Of a stretch of 35,430 nt of DNA, positions 7,979-18,800 are shown one piece after another (positions within the stretch are counted from its first letter, which is position 1; every line of letters starts with the position of its first letter). A model generated the notes under the pieces. It did not search any database, was not told where the DNA came from, and was given only the letters and a program-made list of their open reading frames with translations. The stretch is taken from IMG/VR virus record IMGVR_UViG_3300025816_000041, positions 1-35,430 of that record. One strand, written 5' to 3'. The stretch comes from a virus (lineage: Duplodnaviria > Caudoviricetes). A program made the position numbers and the translations under genes.

Positions 7979-10276
7979 ATGTCTACAACAACAATTACTG
8001 GAACAATTCACGGAGTCAATAATGCGGCTCTTGCTAACAAATGGATTAACTTTCGACTTGCTCAGCTTGGCACGGATGCAGTTGCATCAGTTACGGTGGC
8101 AGAAAGTGTGGACTCCGTTCAAACGGATGCTAATGGTAATTTCTCAATTGATGTATGGAACAATGGTGACAGTGGGACAACAAGCTTACTTGAGATTGCT
8201 GTAGAGGGTTCTGATACTCAATATGTTGTTATGCCCAAGGATGTAGCTAGCATTGAGCTATGGGATTTAATTGAAAATTATCAAGCAGAGGGCAACACTT
8301 CTCAAGTCCCCGTTGTATCCGACCTATTTCTTCGTAAGTCAACTAACTTAGGAGATGTACCCAACAAGCTTCTTGCTAGTCAAAATCTTAATCTTGAAAT
8401 TGGAACCGATGTTCAAGCACACAGCTCAATTTTGGACGCAACTGACGCAATCTTTACAGTATCCAAGGATGCTGCAATATCAGAAAACACAACAAAGACC
8501 GCAACCAACGAAGGGAACATCGCAACTAATGCAGCGGCCATTGCTCTTAACACGGCAAAAGTTGGCATCACGACAACTCAAGCGAATGCCATTGTAGCTA
8601 ACACTGCTAAGGTTAGCAATGCCACTCATACTGGTGACGTTACGGGGGATACTGCATTAACCATTGCTGACGATACGGTTACGGTAGCAAAAATATCTGC
8701 ATCAGGAACTCCAAATGCAACAACCTTTCTTTCGGGTGCTGGTACTTGGTCGATACCAGCGGGTGGTGGTGGTAGTGGCAGTGGCGATATGTTAGCTGCG
8801 GTCTATGACCCTCAAGGGGTTCAGAGCAATGCATTTGATATGGCAAACATGGACGAATCCATTAGTGCTAAAATTTTAACACAATCAGAGCGAAACCTAA
8901 TTTCTCAGATCCCAGCAAACACAGCCAAGACTGGCATCACTCAGGCTCAAGCGGATGCTATTGTATCTAATACAAACAAGATTCCAAATGCTTCAACAAC
9001 TGGAACGCCCAGTACAACAACGTTTCTTAACGGAGCCAATCAGTGGGCAACGCCAGTAGGACTTGGTGGCGATATGCTTTCCTCGGTGTATGACCCAAAC
9101 GCCCTTGCCGTCAATGCCTTTGACATGGACAACATGGTCGAGGGAACAGATACTAAAATTCTAACATCAGCAGAGCGAGCTGAAATCATAGCAAACACGA
9201 ACAAAGTTGGCATTACGACCGAACAAAACAATGCTATTGTAGCTAACACTGCTAAGGTCACAAACGCTACTCATACTGGTGACGTTACGGGGGATACCAT
9301 ATTAACCATTGCCGACGATGCTGTAGACATTCCAATGCTTTCGGCAACTGGAACTCCAAGTGCAACAACATTCCTCCGTGGAGATAATCAGTGGGCAACG
9401 CCCGCTGGTGGCAGTGGTGGCGATGTAGCTACGGACACTATTTGGCAAGCGGCTGGTGATTTAGTTGTGGGTCAGGGCAATGATGCGGCTGGTCGATTAC
9501 CTATTGGTGCAAATAATCAAGTGCTAAAAAGCAATGGAACTTCCGTGTTTTGGGGTGATGGAACCACGAGCAATGCGTTTATAGATTCCAGAGTAGTAAT
9601 TGATTTAATGAATACCGAGCGATGGGGTATCAATAAGAGCTCTACAGCCAACGAGTATTTTGTGCCAACTTGGGATAAGCCATACTACGAAATGCGTACA
9701 AAAATACCAGCTCAGTATTCGGGTTCAGCTATCTACACAGCTATAAGGTCAAATTTTTCAACTAACCCCACAAGCACGCTCGCTAGTACGATTGACTGGG
9801 ATCGTCCATTAGGAATATCAATGGAAATTCAGTATAATAATCCTTTTACTCTTAATGATGAAATTTTTGTTGGAATAGGTCTTGGTACTACTACCAATCC
9901 ATACACTATAGGCCCCTCAGTCGCGGACCCAATTTTTAATGCTGGAATTGCTTTCTCAATAAAAAATCGAGCTCTGAGCATTATTACAGCGGATGCTGCA
10001 CTTTCAATTGGCACATCTAATATTGGGCTGCCTTGGGGCAATGTAGCCAATCCATCCAGTAAAAACTTTGCTCTCGTTTCAGATGGAAATGGAGTTGTTA
10101 GTGTATATGTAGATGGAGCTCTTTTTGGATCAAGAAACGTTACTGTTCCATCTGGAACTAGTTCAAACGCTGAAACAACTTGCATGATCTCAGTAAATGG
10201 CTATGAGAACAATGAACCATCGGGCACTAGAACCGCAAAAGTATTTGTAACAAATATTAAGAAATTCGTAGGATAA
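7979..10276 (+). CDS. Tail fibre protein with modular internal repeats
   Basis: Repeated NTAKV.NATHTGDVTG, GTP..TTFL.G..W..P and GDML..VYDP modules; beta-rich C-terminal domain. Confidence 0.75.
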   Translation: MSTTTITGTIHGVNNAALANKWINFRLAQLGTDAVASVTVAESVDSVQTDANGNFSIDVWNNGDSGTTSLLEIAVEGSDTQYVVMPKDVASIELWDLIENYQAEGNTSQVPVVSDLFLRKSTNLGDVPNKLLASQNLNLEIGTDVQAHSSILDATDAIFTVSKDAAISENTTKTATNEGNIATNAAAIALNTAKVGITTTQANAIVANTAKVSNATHTGDVTGDTALTIADDTVTVAKISASGTPNATTFLSGAGTWSIPAGGGGSGSGDMLAAVYDPQGVQSNAFDMANMDESISAKILTQSERNLISQIPANTAKTGITQAQADAIVSNTNKIPNASTTGTPSTTTFLNGANQWATPVGLGGDMLSSVYDPNALAVNAFDMDNMVEGTDTKILTSAERAEIIANTNKVGITTEQNNAIVANTAKVTNATHTGDVTGDTILTIADDAVDIPMLSATGTPSATTFLRGDNQWATPAGGSGGDVATDTIWQAAGDLVVGQGNDAAGRLPIGANNQVLKSNGTSVFWGDGTTSNAFIDSRVVIDLMNTERWGINKSSTANEYFVPTWDKPYYEMRTKIPAQYSGSAIYTAIRSNFSTNPTSTLASTIDWDRPLGISMEIQYNNPFTLNDEIFVGIGLGTTTNPYTIGPSVADPIFNAGIAFSIKNRALSIITADAALSIGTSNIGLPWGNVANPSSKNFALVSDGNGVVSVYVDGALFGSRNVTVPSGTSSNAETTCMISVNGYENNEPSGTRTAKVFVTNIKKFVG
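8591..9319 (+). repeat. ~84-bp imperfect direct repeat within the fibre gene (8591-8674 and 9236-9319)
   Basis: ATTGTAGCTAACACTGCTAAGGT...ACTCATACTGGTGACGTTACGGGGGATAC...ATTAACCATTGC occurs twice. Confidence 0.85.
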
Positions 10277-10284
10277 TTTATAAT

Positions 10285-12561
10285 ATGAGCTTAGGAAATA
10301 CTAGCATACACCAGAGTAGTGAAATACCAGAAATCACAAAGCTACCAAATGGTCGCATTCGTGTAGTTCGTAGGTTTGTAAAGTTCACTAGGGAAGATGT
10401 AGATAATGTAAACTTGGGCTCCCTTATGGGGGACTTTGGTGACTTGGATACAACTGGTGAACAAGTAGAGAATCAGGGGTATGCTAATTGCCGACTCATC
10501 GAGGTAGAGGTCGAGACATCCACGAAGAGATCCGCTGGAACTGATAGCAGCAGTTCAGTCCTAGTGCAGACCTACGAGACGCTCACCAGTGAATTTGTTG
10601 AGACAACTGATCCCACTGTCTCCTATACGGAGAGCGGGCTAAAAAAAATAACCAATGTGTCCCGTGCTGTTTCTGGCACTGTTAGTTCCAATGTAATTGG
10701 TGTGACGCAATTAATTACTGGTGAATTTCTAGCTAGCTCCAACATAGAAGACAACACAGCATTTGCAGAACTCACTGAAATTTATCTGGAGGCAGGTATA
10801 TTGTCAGAGACACTGGACAATGTGAGCTCACAGAAAGCTAAGGTCATTGAGACCATCGGTGAAGATCCAGCTACCCCAGCGGGCTATGTGTTGGCCAAAA
10901 AACAGGAAAGCGATTTTGAAGGATTTCAGACCAATCAATTTACATTTTTAAAAAGTAATGTAGAATTATCAAGAACTAATGATAAGGTTGGAAGTCAGCT
11001 ATCTATTACAATTGAGCAGTTTGATGGAACTCCAGCAACTCCAGCTAACTACAAGTTAGCTAACGAACAGATTAGCGATGTGCAAGGAATACCCACTAAG
11101 CGGTTTACATTCCTAAAGCCAAATATCCTAAGTGAAGAAGAGGATAAGGTTGGTTCTCAAAAATCTATTACAATAGAAGCATTTGACCAAGTTCCAGTAA
11201 CCCCCAATGGATACCAATTAGCTAACGAACGAGTATCCGATGTTGCGGGTATTCCTACGCGGCGATACACTTTTCTAAAGCCATCAGTTCTAAGCAATTC
11301 CAAGGACAATGTTGGTTCGCAGAAGGCCATTACAATAGAAGCATTTGGTGAAGTTCCAGTAACTCCATCTGGATACCAACTGGCCGACGAACGGGTGTCA
11401 GAGGTTGAAGGAATACCCACTAAGCGATTTACGTTTCTAAAACCATCAATACTGAGCAAATCTGAGGATAAGGTTGGTTCTCAAAAATCTATTATAATAG
11501 AAGCATTCGGAGAGACACCAGCAACACCATCGGGAGGATATGTATTGGCTAGTAATACTGTATCTAGCTTTGAGGGGATCAAAACAAATCGATTTATATT
11601 CCTAAAGCCAAGCGTCCTGTCTAGGGTAATCCAGAGAAATAATAACGGTAGATTAATCATCGAAGCCGTAGAAGCCTTCAATAAAGTGCCTACAGCACAA
11701 ACTTCTGGTGCAGTTCAAATTGGAACTGACGAAAGTAATGTTGATGGCATTCCAACAAAGAGATATACTTTTGCCAAGGGAGAGGGACAAATATCAGTGG
11801 AGAAGGGTCCTGCCCCAGCTCAACTATCTAATTGCACCCAAGTCACTGTTACTTCAATTGGAACTGCGGTTACTCCAACTGGCGTACTTATCTCTGAATC
11901 CGAGACTCAAAGCGATGGATATATTACATACGTAAAAACCGCAATTCAGGGAACCATTGTTGGCACAAAGCAAACGTACAAGGATGTTGTGGATGTTGTG
12001 GATGCTGGAACGGTTAATTGCACTAGTGTTGCAAAGAGCGTTGGAGGTATAAGTGGAACAATAGCAGTTACAAAAGTTACGCCCCCAAGGAATAAAACCC
12101 TAGCGGCAACCGTTACGGTAGAAATAGTAACATCTCCTCCCAATACACTAACACGGGCTTACGACTTGGGTGAAATAAGTTGCTCAGTTACATCCATTTC
12201 AATGTCCGAAAACTATCGAGGCACTGATGTGTTTACGACAGCAAGTGGCAACACTAGATTCTCTGGTCAACGAAAGACAGCGGATATGTCGGCTCGCATT
12301 AGCACTTACCCCAATTGCTATTTAACAAATTCAAGTAGCTTTGGCTCGTTTTCCTACGTATCATCCTATGAGAATGGTTCAACTGCTCCAAATATTCTAT
12401 TGACATTGCCCCAATACAGTAGAACCAATACATTTGCCGACGGAAATGGATCAACATCGGCCAACTACTCCACTACGGGTGTGGTTAGGAGAGAAAGTAG
12501 ACCTATCCTCAATGCATTAAATGGAACTACTTACTATGAAGTGATAACTTGGAGTGTATAA
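10285..12561 (+). CDS. Putative tail/virion protein with six ~54-aa tandem repeats
   Basis: Repeat consensus LS...DKVGSQKSITIEAF...P.TP.GY.LA.E.VS.V.GIPTKRFTFLKP; located in the tail module. Confidence 0.65.
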   Translation: MSLGNTSIHQSSEIPEITKLPNGRIRVVRRFVKFTREDVDNVNLGSLMGDFGDLDTTGEQVENQGYANCRLIEVEVETSTKRSAGTDSSSSVLVQTYETLTSEFVETTDPTVSYTESGLKKITNVSRAVSGTVSSNVIGVTQLITGEFLASSNIEDNTAFAELTEIYLEAGILSETLDNVSSQKAKVIETIGEDPATPAGYVLAKKQESDFEGFQTNQFTFLKSNVELSRTNDKVGSQLSITIEQFDGTPATPANYKLANEQISDVQGIPTKRFTFLKPNILSEEEDKVGSQKSITIEAFDQVPVTPNGYQLANERVSDVAGIPTRRYTFLKPSVLSNSKDNVGSQKAITIEAFGEVPVTPSGYQLADERVSEVEGIPTKRFTFLKPSILSKSEDKVGSQKSIIIEAFGETPATPSGGYVLASNTVSSFEGIKTNRFIFLKPSVLSRVIQRNNNGRLIIEAVEAFNKVPTAQTSGAVQIGTDESNVDGIPTKRYTFAKGEGQISVEKGPAPAQLSNCTQVTVTSIGTAVTPTGVLISESETQSDGYITYVKTAIQGTIVGTKQTYKDVVDVVDAGTVNCTSVAKSVGGISGTIAVTKVTPPRNKTLAATVTVEIVTSPPNTLTRAYDLGEISCSVTSISMSENYRGTDVFTTASGNTRFSGQRKTADMSARISTYPNCYLTNSSSFGSFSYVSSYENGSTAPNILLTLPQYSRTNTFADGNGSTSANYSTTGVVRRESRPILNALNGTTYYEVITWSV

Positions 12562-13285
12562 TATGGATAACGATAACTTTTACTCTAATCCTAGAAAACC
12601 CATGTTACCTTGGGCATCATTTGATACTGAAGAAATTTTGGCGGGTGGCGAAATGCAATTTGATGGTGATAGTCCATCCCAAAGTGAGCAAACTGGGGGT
12701 GGTGGTGGAGATATAGGCGGTGAAAATCAGTTCATGATGACAATTAATGGAACACAGGCCACTGATCTTGATCCAGAGGGGCAGCCAATTCCATCCGCAG
12801 TTTTTTCCTTTAGAGTGTTAGCGGGGACTGTAACATTCCAAGGAGATGAATTTGATGGTGAGCTAACACAACCCGTAGAAGCATACGGACCAGAGAATGT
12901 TGAGTTTCCAGCGGGTTCAGCCACTGAACTTTACTTTTGTTATTGCAAAGTAACATTTTCAAGAGACCCACAAAACCCTAATTCAAGAATTACTGAAATT
13001 GACGAAACTGAAATTATATTTGGTCGTGCTGCAGAAGTAACTGCAGCATTAGATATGTGGAGCGGGACCAAAGAGAATCCAATATATATATTTAAAATTG
13101 GATACCTTTCCGTTACGCAGGATGGACCCTCACGAAGATTCGTGTATGCCATGGTTTTACACGTTGGACCGTTTAATTACAACTCAGAGGTTCTACCAAT
13201 TGAGCTCCAAGTAATAGTAGATGAGGACGGAACGAACGTGGTAAAAACATTAAAACTAAAAGGAAATCTTGAAGATGCCAGCTAA
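12554..13285 (+). CDS. Hypothetical acidic tail-module protein
   Basis: 243-aa ORF packed between tail genes; ATG at 12563 is an alternative start. Confidence 0.65.
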   Translation: MYNMDNDNFYSNPRKPMLPWASFDTEEILAGGEMQFDGDSPSQSEQTGGGGGDIGGENQFMMTINGTQATDLDPEGQPIPSAVFSFRVLAGTVTFQGDEFDGELTQPVEAYGPENVEFPAGSATELYFCYCKVTFSRDPQNPNSRITEIDETEIIFGRAAEVTAALDMWSGTKENPIYIFKIGYLSVTQDGPSRRFVYAMVLHVGPFNYNSEVLPIELQVIVDEDGTNVVKTLKLKGNLEDAS

Positions 13286-13895
13286 CCCTGTGTTAAGAGC
13301 TGGTCCCTGTGCTGGTACTAGCATTGCAAATGCCTTTGTGGACTATCCAACTCCATTCAGTGACAGCATTGCTGCAGATCCAAGCCCCCCATTGGGATTG
13401 ATATGGCCAGTGAATGCGGCAAAATATCACTGGGACGTAGAGGGAACTGATGACCCTAAACCCAGCAATAAATGGAGAGCTTCTAAGTGGGACTTCCGTA
13501 CTAGCCTAGGTGAGACTGGTAAAAGAAAAATAGTCCCCATGACTAGCTCAACTCAATTTACATTCTCAAGGAGCTCACCGCCCTCATCTCCCGCTGGTGG
13601 AGCGTTTTTATCATTTAAATATCAAGCAGCAGTTGATTTTACATTTACAGTAGAATGGACGGCATCACTAACCAATAGCCCAAATCGAATTGACTTTGAT
13701 ATTAAGCTAGAGGATGAGAATGGGCAAGATCAAATTCTATTTGAAACACAAGTTGAAAAACCCACTGGGAGTGATAGTGGAACCTTTGTAGCTACCTTGC
13801 CAGCTACCGTAAATCCCCGTAAATTTTTAATAGCAATGTCCGCTGGGGGAACTGGAACGTTTACAGTTAAATTTCCAGACTTACCAGCATCCTAA
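13275..13895 (+). CDS. Hypothetical tail-module protein
   Basis: ~206-aa beta-rich ORF overlapping the upstream stop; ATG at 13275. Confidence 0.65.
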   Translation: MPANPVLRAGPCAGTSIANAFVDYPTPFSDSIAADPSPPLGLIWPVNAAKYHWDVEGTDDPKPSNKWRASKWDFRTSLGETGKRKIVPMTSSTQFTFSRSSPPSSPAGGAFLSFKYQAAVDFTFTVEWTASLTNSPNRIDFDIKLEDENGQDQILFETQVEKPTGSDSGTFVATLPATVNPRKFLIAMSAGGTGTFTVKFPDLPAS

Positions 13896-13910
13896 CACTT
13901 AAACTCCGTA

Positions 13911-13919
13911 TGCTATAAT
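13911..13919 (+). promoter_or_regulatory. Extended -10 promoter element (TGCTATAAT) upstream of internal virion genes
   Basis: Identical to the element at 1971; 11 nt before ATG 13931. Confidence 0.65.
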
Positions 13920-13930
13920 AGCAAAATATT

Positions 13931-15808
13931 ATGTCAACTTTCTCATATCAAGGCGATCCCACTCAATACGGCAATAACAACAGATCCCTACCTAGGGATC
14001 AGGAGAATCTACGTCAGGCTGCCGCTGCTAATCAAGGCAACGAAGAGGGGGCGGGGATACAAGGTGCTGCCGAACGGACTGGAAACTTAGTTGATATAGC
14101 TTCCTACGGGAACCTTCTAAATAAGGGTGTAGATATGTTTTCAAAGTACAATCCAAAAGCCCTACTCCAATCGGCGGGTGCTGTAAATAGTGCAGACGGG
14201 AATGTTATGAAGCTTGGTAGATCCCTTATTCGCGGAACCCTTGGTACGGGAAAGGGTCCCAGTGGTAAGATGCCCAAGGTGGCGGGCTTGGCTACAGTTG
14301 GAAATATAGGAAGTGAAGTCTTCAGGGCTTTCGATAAAGAGGAACGCTCTGGCTTCGAAGCACTGGGCGAAGGCATCGGCCAGTGGGGTGCGGACTGGTG
14401 GTACGGTGATACAAGTCAAAAAGCAATGACCCCCCAAGAGCTTGAGGCGATACGTGGTGGAAAAAATCCAAACAAACCAATCACCGAGACCGTAAACAAT
14501 ACTAGCACTGCACCGTTCAATCCGAGTACTGGCTACGGGGGTTCTAGTGAAGTGGTTACTGGCTATGAGTCAATGAAACCCAAATCACAGGAGGAGCTAG
14601 CTGCGGCAGCCAATGAGGACTACGCATCACAATTTGAAGGAGCCTACCAGAATAAGGATGGAAGCTATACTGGCCTAACAACAGCGGGCAAATCGCAGTC
14701 AATGACTCCAGAGCAATACGCCTCGTATGCTGAGCAGCAAAGGCTTGGCTTAAACAATCCATATGCATTACCCATGGGGGACTACACTTCAGTAGCTGGA
14801 ACCCAAGGATTTGTCCAACAGCCATTGAACTATAGACCCCCTGTGCCGCCAGCACCGATAGCAACGCAAGCAACGCAAGCAACGCAAGCACCGCAAACTA
14901 GCCCTCAAATAGAAGCTCAGGGCAACTTTGCGGAAGCACGGGACAGTGGGACTATAACCCCAGATAAGATTCGTGCCGCCGAGGAGTATGCTGCATCCAT
15001 GGGCAGAGAATTTGATCCAGAAATGGGATACACTAGCGAGTTTGATCCAAGTATCCTAGCTAAATACAATGCTGAAAGGAATGCTAGTCAGCAGGGAGGT
15101 CAGCAGGGAGGTCAGTATGGCGGTCAACAGAATATCCAACAAGCTCAGGGTCGTTCTAGCTACGCAACTGAATCCGCAGCCAGAGAGGCTCGTATGGACG
15201 CAAGACCAGATTTTGGTTCAGCACAGATGCGTAATTCGGATGGCAAGATGGTAACAGCAACAAAGGAAACTAGAGCACAGCGTGACGTAGAAAAGGGACT
15301 CAAACAAGAAGCTAGGGCGGCTGGATATACACCAGCACAGACTCGCACTTATGTTGCAGACCAGATGCGAGAGCGTTCTGAATCAACCAGTGATCGTGAC
15401 TTTGAGCTAAAGCTAAGGGAACAGAACTTCAATCAAGGGGAGGCTAACTTAGCTAAAACCCTAAAGGGACTACAGGAGGGGACCGACGTTGAGGAGGAGG
15501 ATTACTTTGGTATAATTTCAGGACTAGGGGATTTGGGTGTCGGTATTGACACCGAGACTGGGAACCTTACTTATATGAAAGATCGTGAGGGATGGTTTAG
15601 ATTTGGCGAGGAGGAGGTGAATCTTACACCAGACTCGGAGCTATATGATAAGATAATGCAGATGGAGGGTGGTGCAGCATTCCTAGCACCCCCAAAGTAC
15701 GTAGTAGAGCTGTTGAAGACAGCAAAGGAGGGGGATTCAATCCTATCGGAGGATGGAACAGGAAGAGTATACCAAGTAAAGAATGGCAAACTAGTTCAAA
15801 TAAAGTAA
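13931..15808 (+). CDS. Putative internal virion / DNA ejection protein
   Basis: 625 aa, low-complexity Q/A/G-rich and helical, directly before the giant virion protein as in podovirus ejectosome modules. Confidence 0.55.
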   Translation: MSTFSYQGDPTQYGNNNRSLPRDQENLRQAAAANQGNEEGAGIQGAAERTGNLVDIASYGNLLNKGVDMFSKYNPKALLQSAGAVNSADGNVMKLGRSLIRGTLGTGKGPSGKMPKVAGLATVGNIGSEVFRAFDKEERSGFEALGEGIGQWGADWWYGDTSQKAMTPQELEAIRGGKNPNKPITETVNNTSTAPFNPSTGYGGSSEVVTGYESMKPKSQEELAAAANEDYASQFEGAYQNKDGSYTGLTTAGKSQSMTPEQYASYAEQQRLGLNNPYALPMGDYTSVAGTQGFVQQPLNYRPPVPPAPIATQATQATQAPQTSPQIEAQGNFAEARDSGTITPDKIRAAEEYAASMGREFDPEMGYTSEFDPSILAKYNAERNASQQGGQQGGQYGGQQNIQQAQGRSSYATESAAREARMDARPDFGSAQMRNSDGKMVTATKETRAQRDVEKGLKQEARAAGYTPAQTRTYVADQMRERSESTSDRDFELKLREQNFNQGEANLAKTLKGLQEGTDVEEEDYFGIISGLGDLGVGIDTETGNLTYMKDREGWFRFGEEEVNLTPDSELYDKIMQMEGGAAFLAPPKYVVELLKTAKEGDSILSEDGTGRVYQVKNGKLVQIK

Positions 15809-15817
15809 AGATTATAT

Positions 15818-18800
15818 ATGGCTAATAAGGCGAGAATAATTTCTGAGGAAGAGCTTAATGAGTTGTATCCAAAAAACGAATCCAAGTCGAAAAACAGTGC
15901 TAGAATAATCTCTGAGCAAGAACTTGAGGATTATACCAGAACCAAGAGCCTATCGGAATTAAACGAAACTGCCACCATCGGAGATTACCTTCGTGCAGTG
16001 CCAGCTACGGGTGTTGACATTGCTGCGGGTGCAGCAGAGGGCGTTGCGTCAGCCATCGGTGAGTTCACTGGGGATTATGATCTAGCTAGGAGCATTTCTG
16101 AAACTCGCACGGATATAAATGATGCGATCATGGGTGATGCACCAGATTCCGTGAAGAGTGACTTTGCCTATAAGGTTGCGTCTGGATTGGGCAGTACAAT
16201 CCCCTACTTGGGTGCTGCACTTTTAGCCAGAAAACCATCATTGCTAGCCAAGGTTGGTGCTAATGGTTTCTTCTTGGCATCCGCTGGTCAACAGGTTCGT
16301 GATGATTATTTGGGGACGCAGGGCGTTACATCGGAGACAGCCACAGATGAGCAGATGTCCGAGAGCAATAAGGTTGGTGCTATTGGTGCTATCCCCATTG
16401 CAATGGCAGAAAAGCTTGGTGCTGGAGTTATTCTAGGTGCATTCAAAGGCGGGGCTATCCCTGCGGGTCAGGTAATGCAACGCATTTCTCAGTATGCTAT
16501 GGCGGGTGCTGGTGAAGCAGCTACGGAAGTTGCTCAGTCGGGTATCATTAATAGCATAGCTAGCTACGTTGGTAAGTATGATCCAGAGCGTCCCATCACG
16601 CAGGGAATGGCAGAGTCCGCATTGATTGGTTTCCTAGTTGGTGGTGGTGTAAATGCTGGTATTGATACAGTAGAGCGAGCTGTTACCCAAGCGGACAGAC
16701 TGCAAGCGGGCGTTAAGGACGGAAGTATCAACGCAAAGGATGTTATAGATGAGGACATCGGTAGCAAGTTTGCGGCAATTGCAATGGAGAATGATGGTGT
16801 GCCAGAAGCCGATGGGTATCGGGAAGCACAAATCACCGATCCCAAGGGTATGTCTAACTTTATATCCAAGACACTCACACCCCTTAGCCAAAGGCTGGGT
16901 CGAGCTGGCAAAGAAGTTGTTCGTGAGTTTCGTAGGTACGAGATGAATACTGGACTAAAGCTAAAGGAGTTCAAGGATGCAACATCTCCCTTTAGTAAGA
17001 AAATGCTTGAGCTCAAGAAGAAGAGCCCAGAGGATTACAAAATACTTTCACAGGCACTAGCTAATGCCAATGAACTATCTGCACCCCTGCCCAGTAGTGT
17101 TCAAAAAGACCTAGAGCAGAAAGCACAGCTTCAGCCAGAGGTCACGCGATCCGCTAGTGAGCAATTGCTGGACACTACCAATGAAAATGCACAAACCATC
17201 AATGAGCAGATCGGGTTGGCACGCAAGGCACTTGAGTCCTCTGGTCTGAAGACTAGGATTCAAGTTGTTGAGTCTGGTAACTCTTATTACGATCCAAGCA
17301 CCAATACAATAGCTATTAGTGCCACTGAAGCGGATACAACAACCGTTGCACACGAATATTTTCATGCCGTACTAGGGCAAGCCGTAAAGACCGATGTAGA
17401 ATTGCAGAGCATGACTCGCAATATGTTTGATAGTGTCATTCGTGCTACTGTATCTGGATCATCTATCAACGAGCAGCTAAAGGGATTTGTTTCTCAGTAT
17501 GATTCCAATGTGCAGAACGAAGAGTTTCTGGCACAGACAGTTGGCGAGCTAGCTAGCCAGTACGAGACGCTGGACGTAAACACAAGGACACGTATTAAGG
17601 TCTGGATAAACCAAGTGATGCAGAAGCTAGGTGTGTCCAGTGTATTTAAGGAGGCTGAAACGGATGCAGAAGTTATTGATCAGCTAAATGCATTTGCTAG
17701 GTTCTCTGGCAGTGCAGAGGGTCTTACTGGAGTTATGAGTTCATCTCAAGCGAGCCAGCTATCCAATGGGGAAATAACTGGGATGGGCTCGCCAGTTCGT
17801 GGCACTAGGTTCCAGCAAGCGGACTATAGTGAGATGCAGGACAACATTTTTCCAGACAAGCCATTACCATTGTCACTTATAACAAAGAAGAACAAGATAG
17901 ATATAAGTGCCATCATGGATGACGTTATTAACAACAATAAGAGGGTAGCATTCTTTGCTGCGGATCAGTTGGGCGTTGGAAAAAATGGAGACTTTGATCT
18001 GGATGGGGGACCATCATTCGCCTTCACCAAGAAGGGCGTTTTTTGGATGAGCGGAAGCAAGGACAAGTTAGATAACTCTACGGCAATGAATAAGTATGCC
18101 GAGGAATCCGACTACATATTTGTTTTTTCTGGAAGTGCTACAATGCACACCTTCAATAAAAGCGTATTCAATGGATTTGCCAAGTCAATGAAATCCAAGT
18201 ATAAAACTTACGATGCTTTTAGGGATGCATTCATTGAGGGTATTGGCAGTAATCCCAATAAGGAGGCGAAAGCTGTAATAGATAATTTAAATAGATACAA
18301 ATCCTTTGATTCCTTCAGGGACGAAGGGGATGGATCCCCTCCACCCAGAAAAGGACTACTAAATTACATTGATAAGTTTTCACAAAAAACCAATGACACT
18401 CCCACTAGGCAGTTTCTTCGTGGATTAAACTTAGACTTAGATTCACTTAGGGATAATTTTTATAAAGAAAACGATTACGGATGGCTGGACTTAATGGTGG
18501 TCGGAAAACCCAAGGGTAAAACGAAAAAGGGCGACTTCCACAGCACATACGCAGATCAATTCATGGGGGAAACTCTTGGAGTTCCCGATAAGAAAGTTAA
18601 TCTCAAGGATCTACTATCCGTCGATGAGTATAACAAGTTGATCTCAAAGTTTGTAGCGGACAGGAAAAGAAAAGCACTAAAGGATAAGTCAGAGGCTTTT
18701 ACTGAGGATGCAATTGAGAAGCGGATGGCTAAATATAAGCAGGAGGTCTCTCAGCTTAAGAGAATTGCCAATGATCCACAGGCACAGGCAGATAGGATAC

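Noticed and set aside
8591-9319. Template/variable repeat pair of a diversity-generating retroelement
   Set aside because: Both copies are in frame within one gene, differences are not adenine-specific, and no reverse transcriptase is visible.
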